A DNA stretch of 64,000 bases from a virus: the IMG/VR virus record IMGVR_UViG_3300022074_000027, positions 5,582 through 69,581 of that record. One strand, 5' to 3'. Below the pieces are notes generated by a model. That model ran no database searches. It worked only from the letters and a program-made list of their open reading frames with translations, and had not been told where the DNA came from. Numbering within the stretch: position 1 is the first letter of the stretch; each line of letters starts with the position of its first letter. This document shows positions 46,837-55,367 of the stretch, one piece after another. The translations under genes were made by a program, and so were the position numbers.

Positions 46837-47778
46837 TTAAGCGACTTCTGCCATTTCTAATGCAGTATTAAGTGCTTTCATTTTAGTCTTACGATTTCTT
46901 CCATACCAAGATGAAGTCAATCGACCATCAGCAGACCTACCTTGAACATGGTCATTCAAGTAAGTTACTGTATTGAACGCTTGCCAGAACGTACCCTCTC
47001 CAAACTTTGCACCAGGCTGTGTCTGAAGATTTTCAAGTCCTAGTTTTGCATTTAAAGAAGTAGTTGGGAATACACCATCAACTTTTTCTTTTGCAGGCGA
47101 ACCAAAAACAGTATTAAAGTACTGAACAATATTCTCTGAAGTGTACCTTTTTGAACCAAGGAACTCTGCCATTGTTTTATATTGTTCTAGTTTCTCTCTT
47201 GCAATACCAAGAGTATCTTTAACTTCAGAAGAGTCAAACTCTTTTCTGTGGTTAACCTTTAACATTGCATCACTCTCTTTACTAAGAGAAAGAGTCAATG
47301 TGTTATTACATACAACACGAATTGGTGTCATACGAATATCAATCGCTTTACCGAATTGATGAGGATTTGAAAACAGAAAATAATTCTCTGTAACATCACC
47401 TTTAAACAACTCAAAAGAGTCATTTGTTTTTGCAAGTGCCCAGACCATTTTACCATTGTCTAGAGAACCAGCAGTATGCATTTGCATATCCCCTGCTTTT
47501 ACATATTCTTCAAAGAAGTTGAAAGCATCAGCGTTCTGAACTGGATTCCAACCCTTACCAACAACATCAAGTACTGAACCGTCAGAAGACCTTACAAGTG
47601 CTTGTTTGTTTTTGATGACAGTACCACCAGCAGTTACTAAGTCTTGTTTTTCTACAGACCAATCAACTCCTGCTTTTTGCATCATTTGTTCTGGTGTCAA
47701 GTCATCAATAACTTTTACACCTAGACCATGCCAAGGTAACTCTCCAGCGTAGGCCATTGTTTCTACCATATGTGCCAT
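46837..47778 (-). CDS. DUF932/DUF945 phage-plasmid-like protein
   Basis: MAHMVETMAYAGELPWHGLG, PVQN, TPIRVVCNNTL. Confidence 0.85.
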   Translation of the reverse strand: MAHMVETMAYAGELPWHGLGVKVIDDLTPEQMMQKAGVDWSVEKQDLVTAGGTVIKNKQALVRSSDGSVLDVVGKGWNPVQNADAFNFFEEYVKAGDMQMHTAGSLDNGKMVWALAKTNDSFELFKGDVTENYFLFSNPHQFGKAIDIRMTPIRVVCNNTLTLSLSKESDAMLKVNHRKEFDSSEVKDTLGIAREKLEQYKTMAEFLGSKRYTSENIVQYFNTVFGSPAKEKVDGVFPTTSLNAKLGLENLQTQPGAKFGEGTFWQAFNTVTYLNDHVQGRSADGRLTSSWYGRNRKTKMKALNTALEMAEVA

Positions 47779-47821
47779 ATTTAATCTCCTATCTCTATGA
47801 CTGATTCTTTATTATGTATAT

Positions 47822-47850
47822 ACTATACCATGTTATTAAAACAAAGTCAA
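47822..47850 (-). promoter_or_regulatory. sigma70-type promoter with spacer palindrome (P5)
   Basis: TTGACT-17-TATAGT; TGTT-N5-AACA at 47831-47843. Confidence 0.82.
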
Positions 47851-48416
47851 GTCTCTTTCAAGAATTGTTTTTCGTAATCTAAGTATTCTTGTGGGATATC
47901 AATTGGAAACTCTCCACCAATATTATAAGTTCCCTCTTTTTCATTCCATAGTCTTAATCCCAATACTTTATACTTGTCTTTGATTGAATACTTTAAAAAG
48001 GTTTCACCAGTTTTTAATCCATAAAACCCAGAGTTACCTTTTGGTGATTGTAAACTTAATTGGATATTTTCTTCTTTAGTAGTATAGATAATTTGAGTAC
48101 CTTTTAAAGACCACTCAATAAAATCATCTACATTTTCTACTAAATACCAATTATCTAACAAAAACTGTCCATATAATTGTGGCATCATGAAATGGTCTTT
48201 TGTAATTAAAGGTTTACCATTTGCATCTTGTTTCTTTTCATCTTTATAATCTTGAGCAGTTTCAGTTCTCCAACCAGAGTCAGTTGTTTTCTGTAGTGCT
48301 TCATAAAAAGTTCTAGTCCAAAGTCTAGGGTCGTACAAATTACCACTTTTCCAATGATGAATATTTGTAGAGTAAAACCTATGACACTCTTTCAATGTAT
48401 TTTCTAATTTTGACAT
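47847..48416 (-). CDS. hypothetical early protein
   Basis: GAGAGG RBS after P6; KDHF...TTKEEN is weakly HNH-like. Confidence 0.65.
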   Translation of the reverse strand: MSKLENTLKECHRFYSTNIHHWKSGNLYDPRLWTRTFYEALQKTTDSGWRTETAQDYKDEKKQDANGKPLITKDHFMMPQLYGQFLLDNWYLVENVDDFIEWSLKGTQIIYTTKEENIQLSLQSPKGNSGFYGLKTGETFLKYSIKDKYKVLGLRLWNEKEGTYNIGGEFPIDIPQEYLDYEKQFLKET

Positions 48417-48441
48417 ATTTCCTCTCTCATTGTTACGAATC

Positions 48442-48470
48442 ATCTTACCATGTTTTCAAAACAATGTCAA
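48442..48470 (-). promoter_or_regulatory. sigma70-type promoter with spacer palindrome (P6)
   Basis: TTGACA-17-TAAGAT; TGTT-N5-AACA at 48451-48463. Confidence 0.8.
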
Positions 48471-49414
48471 TCATTATCTGAAATAATTTGGTTTTGAAAT
48501 TCCCAATCTGGAGCCGTATAGTTCGGTGAGTTTATCAACTCTGCCTGTTTTAATACTTGTTCCTCATAAGATGAAAAGATATTCTTTCTTGACTTTCTTG
48601 CAAATGGAATTTGTTGTGCATCTAAATCATGAAATGCAGTAACAATCTTTACCTTGGTATCTGCACCAAATTCTTCTTTTACTTTCATTACTGCATCAAA
48701 GTTTGCTTTGTCTGCTCTCCTTGATTCTTCATGTACAGTTCCAAAAGACTTTATTACAGTTTTTATAAATGGCAAATTTTTTTCAATCTCTAATGCAACT
48801 GATTTTAAGACACTCTCTTTAATTGTTGCAACAAATTCTACAGCGGTCTTTAGGGTTTTTGCAATTTCAATTTTCATTGAATTCAACTCTGTTTTTTTGG
48901 TAACTTGTAACTCCTTTAAAACTTGTGTTATATCAGACTCTAAGATTTTTTTACCATCTTCTTCCATTTCTTTTAGAGTTAATTTTGCAGTTTGAATTAT
49001 ATCATCATCATTTCTAAACTCTTGTCCAAAATCATGACCTTTTTCTCTTGAATTTTCTATACTCTGAGCAATTCTTTTATTTCTTTTTGTATCAAATTTT
49101 ACAACTGCAACCCACATTTCTTTTTCACCAGCAGACTCATGTCCTTGATATCTATGATTGCCTGTTAATAAATCATACTTACCAGTTTCTTCATTAAACT
49201 CAACCATTGGTGGTTCATATGCAAAAGGTAAATAATCACCTTTCATTATTGCATTTTTAATTTTTTTAACTCTTTCTTTTTTTGCTGGTTTCTTTCTCGC
49301 ATGATTTATTATGTTAAATTCAATATCTGTAATCGACAACCACACTAATTCTACACTTATTAGACCAACATAATTTGGTTTTACTACTGTTTGTTTTCTT
49401 GAAATATTTGACAC
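48467..49414 (-). CDS. ParB/Srx-like N-terminal domain protein
   Basis: PPMV...YDLLTGNHRY. Confidence 0.65.
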   Translation of the reverse strand: MSNISRKQTVVKPNYVGLISVELVWLSITDIEFNIINHARKKPAKKERVKKIKNAIMKGDYLPFAYEPPMVEFNEETGKYDLLTGNHRYQGHESAGEKEMWVAVVKFDTKRNKRIAQSIENSREKGHDFGQEFRNDDDIIQTAKLTLKEMEEDGKKILESDITQVLKELQVTKKTELNSMKIEIAKTLKTAVEFVATIKESVLKSVALEIEKNLPFIKTVIKSFGTVHEESRRADKANFDAVMKVKEEFGADTKVKIVTAFHDLDAQQIPFARKSRKNIFSSYEEQVLKQAELINSPNYTAPDWEFQNQIISDND

Positions 49415-49443
49415 TATTTTACCTCTTTTTTTGATTCTCTATT

Positions 49444-49472
49444 ATACTACCATGTTCTAAGAACAAAGTCAA
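49444..49472 (-). promoter_or_regulatory. sigma70-type promoter with spacer palindrome (P7)
   Basis: TTGACT-17-TAGTAT; TGTTC-N3-GAACA at 49453-49465. Confidence 0.8.
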
Positions 49473-49476
49473 GTCA

Positions 49477-49848
49477 CTATGCAACATTTCTTAATGTTCT
49501 TGACCTATCTGGGTGTCTTAACTTTCTTAATGCTTTAGCTTGGATAGAACGGATTCTTTCTCCTGTTACACTAAATTGTTGTCCGACCTCTTCTAAAGTA
49601 TGGTCAGTATCCATACCAATACCATATCTCATTCTTAGGACTCTTTCTTCTTTAGGAGTCAAAGTTGATAAGACTTTTGTAATAGCTTCTCTTATTTCAA
49701 AATCTAAAACTTCAGGCATTTCATAAGTATCTTCTAAAGTTTCAAATGACTCAAAAGGTTCTTTCTCATACTTGTTAAATAAATTTGTTCTATCCATATA
49801 TCTATTTCTAAAAACGCCTGGGGTCATAATTTTTCCTTTCTCTTTCAT
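49477..49848 (-). CDS. stand-alone sigma70 (RpoD) region-4 protein
   Basis: [55 protein letters not shown]; no regions 1-3. Confidence 0.88.
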   Translation of the reverse strand: MKEKGKIMTPGVFRNRYMDRTNLFNKYEKEPFESFETLEDTYEMPEVLDFEIREAITKVLSTLTPKEERVLRMRYGIGMDTDHTLEEVGQQFSVTGERIRSIQAKALRKLRHPDRSRTLRNVA

Positions 49849-49857
49849 TATGTATAT

Positions 49858-49886
49858 ACTATAGCATTGTTTTCATAACAAGTCAA
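49858..49886 (-). promoter_or_regulatory. sigma70-type promoter with spacer palindrome (P8)
   Basis: TTGACT-17-TATAGT; TGTT-N5-AACA at 49868-49880. Confidence 0.8.
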
Positions 49887-49932
49887 GGCATTTATAAAAT
49901 CCTTTAAAATCAAGGACTTATCTTTATATTTT

Positions 49933-51273
49933 TTACATGAAATTCATTAATGGTGCGAATCGATTGATTCTTGATTCTGCGATTTCAAAGTATTCTTTTT
50001 CTTTCTCAATACCGATAAAATCAAACCCCTCGTCTTTTGCAGCCATGCCTGTAGAACCACTTCCCATAAATGGGTCAAGAACTGTACCACCTTTTGGTGT
50101 AACCATTCTACATAAGTATCTCATTAGGTCAACAGGCTTTACAGTTGGGTGCGTATTCTTTCTTTCAATAACTCTGTTTAAACCAATACCTTGTCCTTTA
50201 TCGTAACCCTCACCTTTACTTTGAGCTCCACCAGACATACCCATCTTTTTAGTTTCAAAATTATCTAATCCATCATTTCTTTCTGACTTAGAAGTTTTTG
50301 GGCAATAGAAAAACCTTGCCCATTCTGTTTCTAATCCATCATGCATAACATTTGCTGGAAATCTACCTCTAGGGTCTGCATCTGCATATTGTGTTCCCTC
50401 TGCTTTCATACCAGAGTTTCCATCTGTCCAAACTCCATCTTCACTTCTAGATTTACGAACTACTTTTTTTCTTGCAACATTTTCTGTTTGACCAAAACTT
50501 AGTTTGTCAATACCAATTGTTTCTTTCGATTGTTTACCAACATCTTTAAAATCTGGATTTGTATCTGGATACTTTGCATCATTACCCTCTATCCTACAAC
50601 CATCAATATTGATTGCACCAGTTCCATGTTTCAATACATTATCTACAATAGAACTTTCTGATAAAGGTTTTCTTGCCATCACTATAGGTTCGTGTGCTGG
50701 TTTCAATGCAGTTCCCCAGCCTTCCCATTCAGAATTACCTTTTGTGTAAATATGATTTCCAGATGTATTATTAGAGTTCCAACCATTATCATCATCAAAT
50801 GGTTTTACATTTCTAGTTCTTTCTCCTACTGCAACTCTGTCGTTACCTTGTTTCTTATCAACTGCTTTTCCCATATCCATACTCTTAGGAAAACCACTTC
50901 CATATAACCACATCATCTGGTCACGAATCTCAAATCCAGCATCTTCAATTGCAACTGCCATTCTATGATAATTACGAGAGGCAGAAAATGCAAGTAGATG
51001 TCCACCTGGCTTTAATAGTTTCAATGCAAGTTCCCAAGTTTCTGGTCTAAATGCAATATCTCCACCATCCCACTCTTTACCCATAAATCCAGTTGATGCT
51101 CTTGCATATGCACCATCTGTTCCAAACTGTGCTGGTGCAGAGTTTTCTTTACCAAATCGTTTTACAATAGATGTCAAGTGATATGGTGGGTCAGTAACAA
51201 CTGAATCCACTTGTACTCCATCATCAATTAGTTTCTGCATTTCTTCAATGCAATCTCCATTAATTATCATCAT
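49933..51273 (-). CDS. N4-cytosine/N6-adenine DNA methyltransferase (beta class)
   Basis: VTDPPY near the N-terminus; HPTVKP and LDPFMGSGST near the C-terminus. Confidence 0.9.
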   Translation of the reverse strand: MMIINGDCIEEMQKLIDDGVQVDSVVTDPPYHLTSIVKRFGKENSAPAQFGTDGAYARASTGFMGKEWDGGDIAFRPETWELALKLLKPGGHLLAFSASRNYHRMAVAIEDAGFEIRDQMMWLYGSGFPKSMDMGKAVDKKQGNDRVAVGERTRNVKPFDDDNGWNSNNTSGNHIYTKGNSEWEGWGTALKPAHEPIVMARKPLSESSIVDNVLKHGTGAINIDGCRIEGNDAKYPDTNPDFKDVGKQSKETIGIDKLSFGQTENVARKKVVRKSRSEDGVWTDGNSGMKAEGTQYADADPRGRFPANVMHDGLETEWARFFYCPKTSKSERNDGLDNFETKKMGMSGGAQSKGEGYDKGQGIGLNRVIERKNTHPTVKPVDLMRYLCRMVTPKGGTVLDPFMGSGSTGMAAKDEGFDFIGIEKEKEYFEIAESRINRFAPLMNFM

Positions 51274-51565
51274 TATTTTCCTCGTAAAGAATTAGTGCAA
51301 TTAGAGCATAGTTTGCCATATCAACTAAAGTATCTTTAATACTTTCATCTTTTACTTTTAGTTTCTCTTTCTTTGCAAACCCCATAATACGACTAAACTT
51401 ATCTCCGATACGAACACAACAACCTTTCCATGCTGGAATACCAGCCATTTCACAAGTTCTGAAGTTTGCAAATACATCTTCTGCACTTGCATAGTCATGT
51501 CGTTTTGCATCATGAGTTTTCTTCATTTCTTCTAACAATTGATAAAATCGTTCACTTTGATTCAT
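51260..51565 (-). CDS. DUF1599 / nucleotide-modification-associated alpha-helical protein
   Basis: KRHDYA...NF...RIGDKFSR...ESIKDTLVDMANYA. Confidence 0.7.
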   Translation of the reverse strand: MNQSERFYQLLEEMKKTHDAKRHDYASAEDVFANFRTCEMAGIPAWKGCCVRIGDKFSRIMGFAKKEKLKVKDESIKDTLVDMANYALIALILYEENNDDN

Positions 51566-53274
51566 TATACTACCACCCTACTAAAGTTTCTACTCTTCTC
51601 AAATTTAATTGTATTTCTAAACTTATCAAATAACATATCTTGTTTATGTGATATTACAAATACATTCTCCTTATCAAAAGTACCTAAGATTTTGAGGAAC
51701 GCATCTGTTCCGTCTGTATCTAGTGAACTATCAAATATTTCATCAAGTATAAGTAGATTAGTATTCGTAGAGTTTTTCATCTTTGCAATGGCTCTCCAAG
51801 TAAAAAGTAGTGCAAGGTCAATTCGCATCTTTTCACCCTCTGAGAAATTTGCATATGTAAAATCATCACGATATCTTGATTTAATAGTTTCACTAAAATT
51901 CTCATCAATATTAAAGTTAACAAAGAAATCCATAGATGATAAGTAAGTGTTAATTAACTTATTCATAATTGGTAGATACTGTTTTACAATCTTAGTTTTG
52001 ATACCAGTATCTTGTAACAGATTTTTTGCAACATCATAATAGAATAATTCTTCTTTTAACTTTTTTGAAGTTGAATCTAAACTATACAACTTTTCTTGTA
52101 GTTTGTCAAGTTTTTTTACATCTTCTTCTGCAATTTCTTTATCTTTTATTTGTTTGATTTCAGTTTCCAGAGTTGAGTTAAACTTTTCTAGTTGAGTAAT
52201 CGTACTACGATACTTTCCAATCTCTACTTGATTCTTCTGAATTGCAGTTGCAAGATTTCTAAAGTCTTTTACTTTTTTGTTGACTTTATTCATTTCATCT
52301 GATAACTTATTTAATCCAGTTTCAAGTTCTCTAACTTCTAACAACTTCTCATCAATAGATTTACGTTTAAACTCTTCATCAATGTGCTGTTCACAAGTAG
52401 GACAATCATCATTCTCTTCAAAGAATGTTATTAGATTAGTACTACGATTATGTTTATCTTTTATAGAGAATTGAATATCTTTTAGTTTATCTCTTTTTGT
52501 AGTAACTACCTCTTCACCTTTCATCGCTTCCAAAAAGGTGTCGGTGGATTGTTGTAACTCTGTTTCTTTCTTTTTGTTTGCAAAGATTTCTTCTTCATTA
52601 GTTGATATAAGATTTGTCTTTTCAGAAAGAATATTATCCCTATTGTTTTTAGAATCTTCAATGTACTTCTCTTGTATCTCTATCTTACTTTTAGTAAGTT
52701 CAGAGGCATAATTACCTTCTGTAATATTTGTATTTATCTCTCTTACCTTTGTTTTAAGAACAAAGTTCATTAGAGAGAATATCTTAATGTCAAGAATATC
52801 TTCTACAACTTCTCTACGAGCTTTAGTATTTAATTGCATAAATGGTACAAACGTAGAACTACCAAGTATAACTACTTGTGTAAATGAACGATAATTAAAT
52901 TTAAGGATTTGTGTTTCTAAATGTTTCTGATAATCTTTTACATTTGCACTTTGATTAATCATTATATCATTTACATAGATTTCAAACGTATTTGGTTTAA
53001 TACCACGAACAACTTTTACTTGTTTGTTTTGTGTTTCAAACTCCACCTCAACAACTGCATCTCTTGAATTAATTGAGTTAATCAATTGTGATTTACTAAT
53101 TTGACGAAATGGTTTATTGAATAATCCAAAACAAAGTGCATCTAAAATAGTAGATTTACCAGCACCGTTTTCTCCAATAATTAATGTTGATGGGTTTTTG
53201 TCGAGAAAAATCTCTGTGAAAGTATTTCCAGTTGAAAGGAAATTCTTCCATCTTACTTTTGTGAACGTAATCAT
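51565..53274 (-). CDS. 46: recombination endonuclease subunit gp46 (Rad50-like)
   Basis: GENGAGKS, CPTC hook, FSEGEK, LILDEIFD. Confidence 0.95.
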   Translation of the reverse strand: MITFTKVRWKNFLSTGNTFTEIFLDKNPSTLIIGENGAGKSTILDALCFGLFNKPFRQISKSQLINSINSRDAVVEVEFETQNKQVKVVRGIKPNTFEIYVNDIMINQSANVKDYQKHLETQILKFNYRSFTQVVILGSSTFVPFMQLNTKARREVVEDILDIKIFSLMNFVLKTKVREINTNITEGNYASELTKSKIEIQEKYIEDSKNNRDNILSEKTNLISTNEEEIFANKKKETELQQSTDTFLEAMKGEEVVTTKRDKLKDIQFSIKDKHNRSTNLITFFEENDDCPTCEQHIDEEFKRKSIDEKLLEVRELETGLNKLSDEMNKVNKKVKDFRNLATAIQKNQVEIGKYRSTITQLEKFNSTLETEIKQIKDKEIAEEDVKKLDKLQEKLYSLDSTSKKLKEELFYYDVAKNLLQDTGIKTKIVKQYLPIMNKLINTYLSSMDFFVNFNIDENFSETIKSRYRDDFTYANFSEGEKMRIDLALLFTWRAIAKMKNSTNTNLLILDEIFDSSLDTDGTDAFLKILGTFDKENVFVISHKQDMLFDKFRNTIKFEKSRNFSRVVV

Positions 53275-54335
53275 TATATCTCCAAATCACAAGCTTCTAA
53301 GTAAAGTGATTTTAATGTATTTTTCAATCTTGATTTATCTAACTCTACATCAAGTTCATCTACATACTTTTCTAATATTGCATTTGTGTCTTGTGTATTT
53401 TCTGCAATATCATCAGATACATTTGATGCATCTAAATCTGAAAAGTCCTCGACAATCTTGACTTCATGAGTTTGTTCTTGTAACAATCTATCGGTAAATC
53501 TATCAAACTGATATAAGTCTTTTTTATTGACTACAACCAATTTGATAAACTTATCCCTATACTTCTTTGTTTCAATTTTACTATAATCGGTTGTCGTATC
53601 ATCATAATAAATTTTCTCAAAGATAGTATATGGATTCACAATTCTTTCCATATCCATTGTTTCAGTATCAAAGACATGGAATCCTTTAGGACAATTATCA
53701 TCACTCCATGTCATTTGATATGTAGAGCCAAGATAATAGATTTGACCATCATCAGACTTTTTATGAAAGTGTCCAGAGAATACAGTTGAAAAAGTTTTGA
53801 ATACTTCTTTAGGATAACCGTTTTCAGAGAAATGACCTTTGTGCATTTCAAATCCATTTATCTCTAAATGACCCATACAAATCTTTGCATCTGTATCTTT
53901 GATGCTTTGTATTGTACTACCATAGTTCTCTGCATTAATCCAAGGAACAAAATGAATAGGTGTACCATCAAAATCTACAGTATCACAATTTGCATAGTAT
54001 TTAATATTACTATGTTTATTACCTACTAATTCTGCTACAGAGTTTATTTCATTGGTGTTCTTGTAAAATGTATCATGATTACCAATCAAAATATGTGTAT
54101 CAATATTTCTATCAACAATTGGTTGTATGAATCGTCTACGAAAATCATTTGCAATCTTATATGAAACAAACTTACGTCTGTCCATAGTATCACCTAAATG
54201 TATAATTGTATCTATCTTGTTTTTGTCAATGTATGGGAAAAAGACTTCTTCCCAGAACTTATAAAAATACTCATTAAACGGTAAACTATCGTTTCTCGCA
54301 CCGAAGTGAGTATCAGTTATCAGCGCTATCTTCAT
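53274..54335 (-). CDS. 47: recombination endonuclease subunit gp47 (Mre11-like)
   Basis: DTHFG, HLGD, GNHD, SGHFH. Confidence 0.95.
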   Translation of the reverse strand: MKIALITDTHFGARNDSLPFNEYFYKFWEEVFFPYIDKNKIDTIIHLGDTMDRRKFVSYKIANDFRRRFIQPIVDRNIDTHILIGNHDTFYKNTNEINSVAELVGNKHSNIKYYANCDTVDFDGTPIHFVPWINAENYGSTIQSIKDTDAKICMGHLEINGFEMHKGHFSENGYPKEVFKTFSTVFSGHFHKKSDDGQIYYLGSTYQMTWSDDNCPKGFHVFDTETMDMERIVNPYTIFEKIYYDDTTTDYSKIETKKYRDKFIKLVVVNKKDLYQFDRFTDRLLQEQTHEVKIVEDFSDLDASNVSDDIAENTQDTNAILEKYVDELDVELDKSRLKNTLKSLYLEACDLEI

Positions 54336-54843
54336 AAAATAATTCTAATCCTTTTGGTTTCACTTTTTTCTTTTTGGGTTTATAAACATCTTCCTCTGGC
54401 AAAAAGTTCTTTTGTAGATAATCTATATACGGATTATCAAACTCTTCTCCACCATAATCTTCAGGCATGACATTCATATTTTCAATGTATTTGTTTTTTA
54501 CATGAGCTTGTTTTTTCTCTTTCTGTATTCGTCTTAAAAACGCATAATAAATTATTTGTGTAAAATATGCAAATGGATTATTAGATTTCTCTGGATTAAA
54601 GTTGTGTACATATTGTAGACAGTTTTCAATACCATCAGATATCATTTCTTCACGATAAGTATAGTTTATAAAGTTTGGTCTATACGATAAGTGATTCGCA
54701 ATTTTAAGAAAACATTCACCAATATAATTTGTTATTGGTGGTGGATTTTTACCTTGTTCTTTTGCTTCTTTACAACGATTATTCCATTCAATCATTGCAG
54801 TAAGAAATTCTTTATTATTTACATAATGGGGTTTTTTTGACAC
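54313..54843 (-). CDS. 55: late sigma factor gp55
   Basis: HYVNNKEF, PNFINYTYREEMISDGIENC, NPFAYFTQI. Confidence 0.95.
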   Translation of the reverse strand: MSKKPHYVNNKEFLTAMIEWNNRCKEAKEQGKNPPPITNYIGECFLKIANHLSYRPNFINYTYREEMISDGIENCLQYVHNFNPEKSNNPFAYFTQIIYYAFLRRIQKEKKQAHVKNKYIENMNVMPEDYGGEEFDNPYIDYLQKNFLPEEDVYKPKKKKVKPKGLELFYEDSADN

Positions 54844-54872
54844 GACACCTTTCCTTTATTAAAAGTTATACT

Positions 54873-54901
54873 TTTATACCATACTACGATACTAAAGTCA
54901 A
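54873..54901 (-). promoter_or_regulatory. sigma70 promoter of gp55
   Basis: TTGACT-17-TATAAA with TG extension. Confidence 0.65.
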
Positions 54902-54914
54902 GTCGTTGTGTGAC

Positions 54915-54943
54915 TTGACTCTCAAGTAATTATTGTGTATACT
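54915..54943 (+). promoter_or_regulatory. divergent plus-strand sigma70 promoter (antisense to the uvsW operon)
   Basis: TTGACT-17-TATACT; its -35 is one arm of a perfect 9-bp inverted repeat shared with the gp55 promoter. Confidence 0.55.
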
Positions 54944-54967
54944 CACTTTGTGACTCACAGAGTAATA

Positions 54968-55366
54968 TTAATGTATTGTAGGTTTTTCTTCATCTTCATC
55001 ATACCAACTACTCATAAGTTCTCTAACCTCATTTTCTATACCCTCTAGCTCTTTATCGGTGGGTTGTCTATATTCGGTTGTTTTCATATCTTCCATTTTA
55101 CTTACACAAAAGTCATAGAATCTTGTTAATCCAATTGACGAATCTGTAATTGCAATCACATTGTTTTTGATGATGTCATATGTCTGGTTTTGACTGTAAT
55201 TAATCCAACGAGAGAAAGCCATAGCTTCCTCTACCTTACCCTTTTTAATTCTTGGGTAAATATTAACTTTTAATGGATTTTGTATTTTAAGAAACTCTCC
55301 GTTACCATCAGATACATTCCCTACAATCTCTTCACCATTTCTTAATTTTAATATTTTGGTTTCCAT
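54968..55366 (-). CDS. conserved T4-like Sm-fold-like hypothetical protein
   Basis: ILKLRNGEEIVG; located after uvsW. Confidence 0.72.
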   Translation of the reverse strand: METKILKLRNGEEIVGNVSDGNGEFLKIQNPLKVNIYPRIKKGKVEEAMAFSRWINYSQNQTYDIIKNNVIAITDSSIGLTRFYDFCVSKMEDMKTTEYRQPTDKELEGIENEVRELMSSWYDEDEEKPTIH

Positions 55367-55367
55367 G

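Noticed and set aside
49477-49848. Sigma region-4 ORF as a truncated rpoD pseudogene
   Set aside because: It has a dedicated promoter and RBS, an intact frame and no upstream remnants of regions 2-3
6066-49880. TGTT-N5-AACA as a host LexA box or T4 MotA box
   Set aside because: Alphaproteobacterial LexA binds GTTC-N7-GTTC direct repeats and the MotA box is non-palindromic and replaces the -35; neither matches
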